From: a virus
Lineage: Duplodnaviria; Heunggongvirae; Uroviricota; Caudoviricetes
Strand: one strand, 5' to 3'
Virus record (IMG/VR): IMGVR_UViG_2778261058_000019
Length of the DNA stretch: 15,691 bases
Positions 1 through 7,955 of this stretch are shown here, piece by piece. Below the pieces are notes generated by a model that saw only the letters and a program-made list of their open reading frames with translations, did no database searches and was not told where the DNA came from. The position numbers and the translations under genes are program-made. The first letter of the stretch is position 1. The number at the start of each line of letters is the position of its first letter.

Positions 1-114
1 TGGGTGGACTGGTATAACAATCGACGATTGCTGGAAAGGCTGGGCCATATTCCTCCGGCAGAAGCAGAAAAAGTTTATTATGCTTCCATCAGAAACGATG
101 ATCTGGCAGCCTGA
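1..114 (+). CDS. IS3-family transposase (OrfB/DDE type), C-terminal fragment; 5' end lies outside the window
   Basis: Frame 1 is open from base 1 to TGA at 112-114. Translation WVDWYNNRRLLERLGHIPPAEAEKVYYASIRNDDLAA looks like the C-terminal tail of IS3-family transposases; from memory closest to IS629/IS1203. Not verified by search. Confidence 0.6.
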   Translation, partial: WVDWYNNRRLLERLGHIPPAEAEKVYYASIRNDDLAA

Positions 115-156
115 GTTCACAGATAAAACACTCTCCAGGAAAACCGGGGCGGTTCA
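1..156 (+). mobile_element. Right end of an IS3-family insertion sequence (IS629/IS1203-like), with terminal inverted repeat ending ...GGGGCGGTTCA at 156
   Basis: After the transposase stop, bases 115-156 (GTTCACAGATAAAACACTCTCCAGGAAAACCGGGGCGGTTCA) end in CA as IS3-family termini do and match my recollection of the IS629 terminus. Homology to hokD begins immediately at 157. Confidence 0.5.
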
Positions 157-294
157 ATGTTAATCGCCCTGATCGTCATCTGTTTAACCGTCATAGTGAC
201 GGCACTGGTAACGAGGAAAGACCTCTGCGAGGTACGAATCCGAACCGGCCAGACGGAGGTCGCTGTCTTCACAGCTTACGAACCTGAGGAGTAA
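157..294 (+). CDS. hokD: Hok-family membrane toxin, N-terminally truncated (HokD/RelF residues 7-51)
   Basis: ATG 157 to TAA 292-294 encodes MLIALIVICLTVIVTALVTRKDLCEVRIRTGQTEVAVFTAYEPEE (45 aa), matching HokD as I recall it but without the first six residues MKQQKA. An in-frame stop at 124-126 lies inside the IS end, so no upstream start is available. Below the 60-aa cutoff of the ORF track. Confidence 0.7.
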   Translation: MLIALIVICLTVIVTALVTRKDLCEVRIRTGQTEVAVFTAYEPEE

Positions 295-362
295 GAGACC
301 CGGCGGGGGAGAAATCCCTCGCCACCTCTGATGTGGCAGGCATCCTCAACGCACCCGCACTT

Positions 363-389
363 AACCCGCTTCGGCGGGTTTTTGTTTTT
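363..389 (+). terminator. Rho-independent terminator downstream of hok
   Basis: Hairpin CCCGC-TTCG-GCGGG (365-378) followed by TTTTTGTTTTT. Confidence 0.65.
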
Positions 390-510
390 ATTTTCAACGC
401 GTTTGAAGTTCTGGACGGTGCCGGAATAGAATCAAAAATACTTAAGTAGCGCGCAGGGATAAGAGGGATGGTCCCTTAAAGGGGAGAGCTAATTATCCGG
501 AAGGATTCTG

Positions 511-762
511 ATGATGAACATCGAAGAACTGCGTAAAATTTTTTGTGAAGATGGCCTCTATGCTGTGTGCGTTGAAAATGGAAATCTTGTTAGTCATTAC
601 CGCATTATGTGTTTGCGAAAGAATGGGGCTGCGTTAATTAATTTTGTGGATGCTCGGGTCACGGACGGATTTATCTTGCGCGAAGGTGAGTTTGTCACTT
701 CATTACAGGCATTGAAAGAGATCGGAATAAAAGCTGGCTTTTCTGCTTTTTCAGGAGAATAA
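511..762 (+). CDS. rem: Rem, small prophage protein of unknown function (83 aa)
   Basis: ORF 511..762 with SD GGAAGGA at 499-505 five nt before the ATG. Length 83 aa and position between hokD and ydfU match the K-12 Qin layout from memory. Confidence 0.65.
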   Translation: MMNIEELRKIFCEDGLYAVCVENGNLVSHYRIMCLRKNGAALINFVDARVTDGFILREGEFVTSLQALKEIGIKAGFSAFSGE

Positions 763-828
763 ACTCATCTACAATCTTGCGCGGGGCTGAACTCCCGCTG
801 AGTAACACCGTGCCACCGGAGAAAACCG

Positions 829-1107
829 ATGGCACGCAACGCAAAATATTACAATTCTGATAATTCGCCCGTTCTTGCCTGCACGCACGGGCGGTATTCT
901 CACGCATTCAAGTCTGAATGGTTCCAGCACCCTCCATGCACTGCAGAACAGGCCGAATGGCTGATTCATTCTTACCGCAGGCGCGGGTTCGAGGTTAAGA
1001 AAGCTCTCAGTCTCGACTATCGGCACTGGATAATCTCTGTCAGGCTGCCTTATTCCGAACGCCCACCACGTGCGTCCCGCACTTTCCAGCAACGGATCTG
1101 GAGGTAA
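829..1107 (+). CDS. Hypothetical prophage protein (92 aa), translationally coupled to ydfU
   Basis: ATG 829 is preceded by GGAG at 818-821 (7-nt spacer). Stop TAA 1105-1107 overlaps the SD of the next gene, whose GTG is at 1109. No family recognised from the sequence. Confidence 0.45.
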   Translation: MARNAKYYNSDNSPVLACTHGRYSHAFKSEWFQHPPCTAEQAEWLIHSYRRRGFEVKKALSLDYRHWIISVRLPYSERPPRASRTFQQRIWR

Positions 1108-1108
1108 C

Positions 1109-2158
1109 GTGCGGGTATTACTTAGACCTGTTCTGGTGCCTGAGCTTGGGCTGGTGGTCCTTAAGCCGGGCCGTGAATCCATACAGATATTTCATAATCC
1201 TCGAGTGCTGGTGGAACCGGAACCAAAAAGCATGCGTAATCTGCCATCCGGAGTCGTTCCTGCCGTTCGCCAGCCGCTGGCGGAAGACAAAACATTGCTG
1301 CCGTTTTTTAGTAACGAACGGGTGATTCGTGCTGCTGGCGGCGTTGGCGCATTGTCCGACTGGCTATTACGTCATGTTACATCCTGCCAGTGGCCTAATG
1401 GCGATTACCATCACACTGAAACAGTCATTCACCGTTATGGTACCGGCGCAATGGTGTTGTGCTGGCACTGCGACAACCAACTGCGTGACCAGACATCGGA
1501 ATCACTGGAGCTGCTTGCTCAACAAAATCTGACAGCATGGGTGATTGACGTCATCCGTCACGCAATAAGCGGTACGCAGGAGCGGGAATTATCTTTGGCT
1601 GAATTATCCTGGTGGGCGGTCTGCAATCAGGTGGTGGATGCACTACCTGAGGCTGTATCGCGTCGTTCGCTGGGATTACCAGCGGAAAAAATCTGCTCGG
1701 TGTACCGCGAAAGCGACATCGTACCGGGAGAGCAGACCGCCACCAGCATATTGAAACAACGCACAAAAAATCTTGCACCGTTGCCTTACGCCCACCAGCA
1801 ACAAAAATCACCACAGGAAAAGACGGTGGTAAGCATCACCGTTGATCCAGAGTCTCCGGAATCTTTCATGAAGCTGCCTAAACGTCGCCGCTGGGTTAAG
1901 GAGAAATACACACGTTGGGTTAAGACACAGCCGTGTGCTTGCTGCGGTATGCCAGCCGACGATCCGCATCATCTGATTGGTCACGGGCAGGGCGGAATGG
2001 GAACAAAAGCACATGATCTCTTTGTGTTGCCTTTGTGCAGAAAGCATCACAACGAGCTGCATACGGATACAGTGGCATTTGAAGATAAGTATGGCTCCCA
2101 ACTGGAGCTGATATTTCGTTTTATCGATCGCGCGCTGGCAATTGGCGTACTGGCGTAA
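1109..2158 (+). CDS. ydfU: YdfU-like prophage protein (349 aa) with HNH-like Cys/His motif at the C-terminus
   Basis: Long ORF ending TAA 2156-2158. GTG 1109 follows GGAGG (1100-1104) and gives 349 aa, the length I recall for YdfU; the ORF track begins at an upstream ATG (1070, 362 aa). C-terminus reads CACCGMPADDPHHLIGH...CRKHHNELH. Confidence 0.65.
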   Translation: MRVLLRPVLVPELGLVVLKPGRESIQIFHNPRVLVEPEPKSMRNLPSGVVPAVRQPLAEDKTLLPFFSNERVIRAAGGVGALSDWLLRHVTSCQWPNGDYHHTETVIHRYGTGAMVLCWHCDNQLRDQTSESLELLAQQNLTAWVIDVIRHAISGTQERELSLAELSWWAVCNQVVDALPEAVSRRSLGLPAEKICSVYRESDIVPGEQTATSILKQRTKNLAPLPYAHQQQKSPQEKTVVSITVDPESPESFMKLPKRRRWVKEKYTRWVKTQPCACCGMPADDPHHLIGHGQGGMGTKAHDLFVLPLCRKHHNELHTDTVAFEDKYGSQLELIFRFIDRALAIGVLA

Positions 2159-2171
2159 GTGGAGAACGAGC

Positions 2172-2924
2172 ATGAACCTTGAAGCCTTACCAAAATATTA
2201 CTCCCCAAAATCTCCAAAATTGAGCGATGACGCTCCAGCGACAGGCACCGGTTGTTTAACAATTACGGATGTAATGGCAGCGCAGGGGATGGTGCAGTCG
2301 AAAGCACCACTTGGGTTGGCCTTATTTCTGGCAAAAGTTGGTGTTCAGGACCCTCAGTTTGCGATTGAAGGCCTGCTAAATTACGCGATGGCACTGGATA
2401 ACCCGACATTGAACAAATTGAGTGAAGAAATCCGGTTACAGATTATTCCTTACCTCGTGAGTTTTGCCTTTGCTGATTACTCCAGGTCTGCGGCAAGTAA
2501 GGCTCGCTGTGAGCATTGTTCAGGTACGGGATTTTATAATGTATTGCGCGAAGTGGTGAAACACTACAGACGCGGGGAATCTGTAATCAAGGAAGAATGG
2601 GTGAAGGAACTATGTCAGCATTGCCATGGTAAGGGCGAAGCCAGCACAGCGTGCAGAGGGTGTAAGGGTAAAGGGATTGTTCTGGATGAAAAAAGAACCC
2701 GGTTTCATGGCGTACCGGTATATAAGATTTGTGGGCGTTGTAATGGAAACCGGTTTAGTCGTTTACCGACCACGCTGGCACGACGTCATGTCCAGAAGCT
2801 GGTACCAGACCTGACCGATTATCAGTGGTATAAGGGGTATGCGGACGTCATTGGTAAACTGGTAACAAAGTGCTGGCAGGAAGAAGCATACGCGGAAGCG
2901 CAATTGAGGAAGGTGACGAGATAA
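2172..2924 (+). CDS. quuQ: Late-gene antiterminator Q homolog (250 aa) with four DnaJ-type CxxCxGxG repeats
   Basis: ATG 2172 follows GGAG (2161-2164) and gives 250 aa; the ORF track starts at an in-frame TTG at 2142. It sits just upstream of a promoter-plus-terminator module and the lysis genes, as Q does in lambdoid phages. Cys repeats are CEHCSGTG, CQHCHGKG, CRGCKGKG and CGRCNGN. Confidence 0.7.
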   Translation: MNLEALPKYYSPKSPKLSDDAPATGTGCLTITDVMAAQGMVQSKAPLGLALFLAKVGVQDPQFAIEGLLNYAMALDNPTLNKLSEEIRLQIIPYLVSFAFADYSRSAASKARCEHCSGTGFYNVLREVVKHYRRGESVIKEEWVKELCQHCHGKGEASTACRGCKGKGIVLDEKRTRFHGVPVYKICGRCNGNRFSRLPTTLARRHVQKLVPDLTDYQWYKGYADVIGKLVTKCWQEEAYAEAQLRKVTR

Positions 2925-2955
2925 ATGATTTTTGCTGAAGATGGCGACATGATGT

Positions 2956-2984
2956 TTGCATTTTTCAAAAAATATGGATAAAAT
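2956..2984 (+). promoter_or_regulatory. Candidate Q-dependent late promoter (PR'-like)
   Basis: TTGCAT (2956-2961), 17-bp spacer, TAAAAT (2979-2984), immediately after the Q homolog and about 45 nt before a strong terminator. This is the typical PR'-qut-tR' arrangement; called by eye only. Confidence 0.35.
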
Positions 2985-3030
2985 TTTTTCAACGATGGGC
3001 TTTGTATACCCGACGTTAAGAAAAAGTAGA

Positions 3031-3057
3031 AAACCCGCTGATGAGCGGGTTTTGTGC
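3031..3057 (+). terminator. Rho-independent terminator (tR'-like) after the candidate late promoter
   Basis: Hairpin AACCCGCT-GATG-AGCGGGTT followed by TTTGTGCTTT. Confidence 0.65.
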
Positions 3058-3345
3058 TTTAAATGGGGCAATGGTAATGTTGAATCTCATCCCGGGACTC
3101 ATGTCTGTTAACTTATTATTTAGCTGGTGACTTGGTTATTTGCCTGATGTTTAAAATGTTTTCTTCCAGTACAATGTCCCTAAACACAATGAGTCTGCTT
3201 ATTATATTATTAGCAGAGCTATTACGGCCAAAGTACAGCATAAGCTTTTAAAGCCAATCAACCAGTCATCAAGACAGACGGGGTTATTCATAAAAACTCT
3301 CCATGTGTGATCCGATGGGGCCTGAAATTAAAGCTTTAATATAGC

Positions 3346-3558
3346 TCATGAAAGGTAAACATTGGCAGCTGAAGGGCCACGCAGACCATTTATCCGGCAA
3401 AATTCCACGCGTAATCCGGTGGTAATTTCTTCTGCATCGCGGAGATTGAGCGCTGAAACATGAAGCTGGACATCGATACGACCATCGGATGGGGTGATAA
3501 GACCCTTGCCGCTTTTGCCGTCAAAGGTTTTGACAATTCCTGTCATTTTACGGGACAA
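3346..3558 (-). CDS. cspF: Cold-shock protein CspF (CspA family, 70 aa)
   Basis: Translation [26 protein letters not shown]...[16 protein letters not shown] is a cold-shock domain protein. The first codon is TTG at 3558-3556 with SD AAGGA six nt upstream; the first in-frame ATG (3546) would have an 18-nt spacing. Confidence 0.8.
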
Positions 3559-3858
3559 AAAAATTCCTTAATACTGATAACTTGGCGCACTATACACACG
3601 TTCCTGAAGAAAGCTATAGTTTTTTGATGGGGTTGAAGATGGCTGGATGTCTAAAATAAACATTGCTTCATATGTTCAACTATGCGTTAATGATTGCGTC
3701 GGTTTGAAGAACAGACGATATACGAAGTAGTTTACTAAAGCAGTTCTCATTTCAGGTGTTATTCACTTATTCCTTCTTTGAGTCTCTCCAATTAAGTACG
3801 AAGTCGTTTCTGTTATGCAAACCATTTATGCCGAAAGGCTCAAGTTAAGGAATGTAGA

Positions 3859-4074
3859 ATGTCAAATAAAATGACTGGTTTAGTAAAATGGTTTAACGCT
3901 GATAAAGGTTTCGGCTTTATTTCTCCTGTTGATGGTAGTAAAGATGTGTTTGTGCATTTTTCTGCGATTCAGAATGATAATTATCGAACCTTATTTGAAG
4001 GTCAAAAGGTTACCTTCTCTATAGAGAGTGGTGCTAAAGGTCCTGCAGCAGCAAATGTCATCATTACTGATTAA
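3859..4074 (+). CDS. cspB: Cold-shock protein CspB (CspA family, 71 aa)
   Basis: [38 protein letters not shown]... carries the cold-shock domain RNP motifs KGFGFI and VFVHF. SD AAGGA at 3847-3851, ATG at 3859. Confidence 0.9.
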   Translation: MSNKMTGLVKWFNADKGFGFISPVDGSKDVFVHFSAIQNDNYRTLFEGQKVTFSIESGAKGPAAANVIITD

Positions 4075-4356
4075 AATTCATCGCTCGTCTGTATACGATA
4101 ACGAAGAAGGCTGATGCCTGAGTAGAGATACGGACAGAGTAGTGAATATTGGATCTCTTTAATAAAAAGTAAGGAGGTCCAATACATGAAACAATGGCTA
4201 GCATATTTGGCAAAATCTTAATCAGGAAAAGTATGCTAACCATTGTGGTGAAGTGCAGGTTTGCTGCATGAATAGTTTTACAGCAGAAGCTAACTGCTGG
4301 CATGGCAAAACAAAGTGCGTAAGTGGATGACTCCCACAAAAAGCACCACAATCTCA

Positions 4357-4378
4357 AACCCGCTCAGGCGGGTTTTTT
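4357..4378. terminator. Rho-independent terminator, probably bidirectional (cspB transcript and the convergent zinc-ribbon gene)
   Basis: Hairpin AACCCGC-TCAG-GCGGGTT followed by TTTTTT on the + strand, with an A-run upstream that gives a U-run on the - strand. Confidence 0.65.
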
Positions 4379-4437
4379 ATTATCTGCTTTAAATATATTA
4401 TTAAAATATAAAAAATACTTGTTACTAATAAAATCAA

Positions 4438-4608
4438 TCAGGCTACAGCTTTAAGATTTGTCTGGAATACTTTGTTGCAATGAGGGCAGATCAAAAGGGC
4501 ACCTTTTTGTACTCTTGAAAAACTGTGTTCTGACTCTTGGGTGCAGTTTGGGCAGGAACATTTAACGAGATAATTACGGCGTGATTTTGAGTTTTTACGT
4601 TCTGACAT
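4438..4608 (-). CDS. ynfU: Small zinc-ribbon protein (56 aa; CxCxxC...CxxC)
   Basis: ATG at 4608-4606 is preceded by AGGA about 8 nt upstream. Product MSERKNSKSRRNYLVKCSCPNCTQESEHSFSRVQKGALLICPHCNKVFQTNLKAVA. The track's 73-aa version starts at an upstream ATG with no SD. The symbol ynfU (56-aa zinc-binding protein in Qin) is from memory and is uncertain. Confidence 0.5.
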   Translation of the reverse strand: MSERKNSKSRRNYLVKCSCPNCTQESEHSFSRVQKGALLICPHCNKVFQTNLKAVA

Positions 4609-4827
4609 AGGCTTTTCCTGTATAAATGGCCGTATACAGTACACTAAATATGAAAACATTTCTCGTATTATTATTTTATATATGACTTTCTTTCAAAATA
4701 ATTACCCACATTTTTAATGTGTATGTTTTTTTAGCGCCGTTGAGAACAACGTGTGCTGTCAAAACTACCCCGTAGACTCCGATCTTTTCAAACATATTGC
4801 ACCATCCGTGTACATCGGGGTGAGGAT

Positions 4828-5043
4828 ATGAAATCAATGGATAAGTTAACAACAGGTGTTGCCTATGGCACATCGGCGGGTAATGCTGGTTTCTGGGCAT
4901 TGCAGTTACTCGATAAAGTAACTCCGTCACAGTGGGCTGCAATCGGTGTGCTGGGTAGCCTGGTTTTTGGCCTGCTGACGTATCTGACAAATCTTTATTT
5001 CAAGATTAAAGAAGACAGGCGTAAGGCTGCGAGAGGAGAGTAA
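4828..5043 (+). CDS. essQ: Class II pinholin, S21-like (71 aa), with dual-start motif MKSM
   Basis: [71 protein letters not shown] closely resembles the phage 21 pinholin as I recall it. Met1 and Met4 give the holin/antiholin dual start. A GGGGTGAGGA SD precedes; the ORF track starts 25 codons upstream at an ATG with no SD. Confidence 0.85.
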   Translation: MKSMDKLTTGVAYGTSAGNAGFWALQLLDKVTPSQWAAIGVLGSLVFGLLTYLTNLYFKIKEDRRKAARGE

Positions 5044-5047
5044 TCCA

Positions 5048-5355
5048 ATGACTCAAGACTATGAACTGGTTGTGAAAGGAGTCCGTAATTTTGAGAATAA
5101 AGTTACGGTAACTGTAGCCTTACAGGACAAAGAACGCTTTGACGGTGAAATTTTTGACCTGGATGTCGCCATGGACCGTGTTGAAGGAGCTGCGCTGGAG
5201 TTTTATGAGGCAGCAGCCAGAAGGAGCGTCCGGCAAGTCTTCCTGGAAGTAGCAGAAAAATTGTCAGAAAAAGTTGAGTCTTATCTGCAGCATCAGTACT
5301 CCTTTAAGATTGAAAATCCTGCCAATAAGCACGAGCGTCCTCATCATAAATATCT

Positions 5356-5359
<4 letters not shown>
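5048..5359 (+). CDS. ydfR: YdfR-like protein (103 aa) inserted between holin and endolysin
   Basis: ORF with strong SD GAGAGGAGAG (5031-5040); stop TGA 5357-5359 overlaps the endolysin ATG (ATGA). Function unknown. Confidence 0.7.
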
Positions 5360-6383
<1,024 letters not shown>

Positions 6384-6609
6384 GGTAATATTAAATCGGA
6401 ACATTTACATCGCGGAATGTAAAATTTAAATAAAAAGGACTCTTCCATGAGCCAAAATTCCTGAAATCTTAAGGGTAAGATAAAAGGTCTTAATCAGAAT
6501 GACACGTTTTATTAATAAATAAAGCTATTCTTTCATTGCTGTGTTTTTCTTTACAAAAGTAATCCTTGCTATGGGTGGTTAATCATGCGTTAATGGTGTT
6601 CTGGTTTGT

Positions 6610-6642
6610 TACAAATTTATCTGAAGCAGTCATTGTTATAAT
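6610..6642 (+). promoter_or_regulatory. Candidate cspI promoter (perfect -10 TATAAT at 6637-6642, weak -35, AT-rich upstream)
   Basis: TATAAT lies about 100 nt upstream of the cspI ATG, consistent with the long 5' UTRs of cspA-family genes. Called by eye; low confidence. Confidence 0.3.
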
Positions 6643-6745
6643 TTTATTATTTGTACCTCTTGAGATTTCCTTGTTGGTTTTTCTCTCTGATATTTTTTTT
6701 CGGACCATTCTGCCCAAGGGCTAATTTCTTCAAAAGGTAATAATT

Positions 6746-6958
6746 ATGTCTAACAAAATGACTGGTTTAGTGAAATGGTTTAACCCTGAAAAAGGTTTTG
6801 GTTTCATCACGCCGAAAGATGGCAGCAAAGATGTGTTTGTCCATTTCTCAGCAATTCAGAGCAACGATTTCAAAACATTAACTGAGAATCAGGAAGTTGA
6901 ATTTGGTATTGAGAACGGACCTAAAGGTCCTGCCGCTGTTCATGTAGTGGCGCTTTGA
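6746..6958 (+). CDS. cspI: Cold-shock protein CspI (CspA family, 70 aa)
   Basis: [38 protein letters not shown]... is a cold-shock domain protein and a close paralog of the cspB copy at 3859. Confidence 0.9.
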   Translation: MSNKMTGLVKWFNPEKGFGFITPKDGSKDVFVHFSAIQSNDFKTLTENQEVEFGIENGPKGPAAVHVVAL

Positions 6959-7163
6959 GGTAGACAATATTACAAACCATATTCACTTTAGATGCCCGTG
7001 TTGTCATGGTTCCCAGTATAGAACATCATCTTTTGATGTTTCTGACATGAATCCTTTCGGGGCAAAATGTATCTTTTGTAAATCAATGATGATTACATTT
7101 GATAATATTTCACAATACTTAAATGCCAGCCGTCTGTCGTTGGATTTAAAAAAGTGAAAATGA

Positions 7164-7186
7164 AGGCTCCTTCGGGAGCTTTTTTG
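7164..7186 (+). terminator. Rho-independent terminator ending the cspI transcript
   Basis: Hairpin GCTCC-TTCG-GGAGC followed by TTTTTT, about 200 nt after the cspI stop and right after the stop of a small Cys-rich reading frame. Confidence 0.65.
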
Positions 7187-7304
7187 CTTGGTGTCTATTC
7201 GATGGATACTCACATACTACGGTAACATCATGAAAAAAATCATAGTTTTTTTTAACTCTGAACCAGCAGTGGTAGTGCCAGCGATGACTGGAGTTAACAC
7301 CATC

Positions 7305-7460
7305 ATGCGTGAATATCCAAATGGCGAAAAAACACACCTTACTGTAATGGCCGCAGGGTTTCCATCTCTGACCGGAGATCATAAAGTCATTTATGTAGCC
7401 GCGGATCGACATGTTACTTCAGAAGAAATTCTGGAAGCAGCAATAAGGCTCTTGAGTTGA
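7305..7460 (+). CDS. ynfN: YnfN-like small protein (51 aa from ATG 7305; a 76-aa form from ATG 7230 is possible)
   Basis: ORF ending TGA 7458-7460. GGAG at 7290-7293 precedes ATG 7305, giving the 51 aa I recall for YnfN. In-frame upstream ATGs at 7284 and 7230 cannot be excluded. Confidence 0.45.
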   Translation: MREYPNGEKTHLTVMAAGFPSLTGDHKVIYVAADRHVTSEEILEAAIRLLS

Positions 7461-7554
7461 TTTGATGCTATTGCATTGATAATTCAGGAAAATTCTCTTT
7501 GTCTGTTTGTGTAAAATTTAGACTATCGTATGTTGATTATTGCGATGTTTCATC

Positions 7555-7583
7555 TTATCTTTTACACGTTTGCACCATATAAT
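7555..7583 (+). promoter_or_regulatory. Candidate sigma-70 promoter for gnsB
   Basis: TTATCT (7555-7560), 17-bp spacer, perfect TATAAT (7578-7583), about 50 nt upstream of the gnsB ATG. Confidence 0.4.
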
Positions 7584-7631
7584 CGACTTACTGTGTAACT
7601 GGAAAGTCATAACAGACTAAAAGAGGAAATG

Positions 7632-7804
7632 ATGAATATTGAAAACTTAAAAACAAAAGCAGAAGCAGATATTTCTGAATATATAACAAAAAAATTATTG
7701 AACTTAAGAAAAAGACCGGGAAAGAAGTTACCAGTATTCAGTTTACCGCACGGGAAAAAATGACGGGTCTTGAAAGCTATGATGTCAAGATTAATTTAAT
7801 CTGA
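7632..7804 (+). pseudogene. gnsB: gnsB (GnsA/GnsB family), disrupted by a -1 frameshift in an A7 tract
   Basis: From ATG 7632 the frame reads MNIENLKTKAEADISEYITKK, then runs through the A-run at 7688-7694 to a stop at 7761-7763 (43 aa). The next frame continues IIELKKKTGKEVTSIQFTAREKMTGLESYDVKINLI to TGA 7802-7804. Joined, the two parts align without gaps to the 57-aa GnsA/GnsB pattern as I recall it, which needs A8 rather than A7. Confidence 0.6.
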
Positions 7805-7833
7805 TGTATTCAATAATAAAATTTATCCATAAA

Positions 7834-7856
7834 CCTCGTTTTTACGGGGTTTTGTT
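7834..7856 (+). terminator. Weak rho-independent terminator after gnsB
   Basis: Hairpin CCTCG-TTTTTA-CGGGG (one G-U pair) followed by TTTTGTT. Confidence 0.4.
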
Positions 7857-7955
7857 ATATTTGAATGGTTCCGAATATCTAAATCACAATTGTTGATGGT
7901 TTTTATTAAACCAATGCAGTCCGGCTCAGGAGTGAGAGAAGCCGGACGTTATGGT

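Noticed and set aside
769-1182. 137-aa minus-strand ORF overlapping the 92-aa ORF and the ydfU start
   Set aside because: It is antisense to two better-supported plus-strand genes that have SD sequences and translational coupling, and it has no recognisable motif or RBS.
1329-2262. Several ORFs inside or antisense to ydfU (1329..1532 +, 1551..1814 -, 1808..2173 -, 2047..2262 -)
   Set aside because: They are alternative-frame or antisense ORFs nested in a long gene, with low-complexity or Pro/Arg/Cys-rich translations typical of spurious frames.
2626-3071. ORFs 2626..2814 (+) and 2763..3071 (-) overlapping quuQ and the late promoter/terminator region
   Set aside because: They overlap the Q-like gene in other frames, and the minus-strand ORF runs through the terminator hairpin. 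No RBS support.
4064-4357. 97-aa minus-strand ORF across the cspB 3' end and downstream region
   Set aside because: It overlaps the cspB stop and the structured 3' region, has a hydrophobic low-complexity translation and no SD; judged an AT-rich artefact.
4676-4990. 104-aa minus-strand ORF antisense to essQ, and the track's upstream 96-aa extension of essQ (start at 4753)
   Set aside because: The plus-strand holin with an SD and dual-start motif is well supported. The upstream extension starts at an ATG with no SD.
7004-7412. Minus-strand ORFs 7004..7213 and 7146..7412 overlapping the cspI terminator and ynfN
   Set aside because: They run through the terminator hairpin and are antisense to ynfN, with no RBS.
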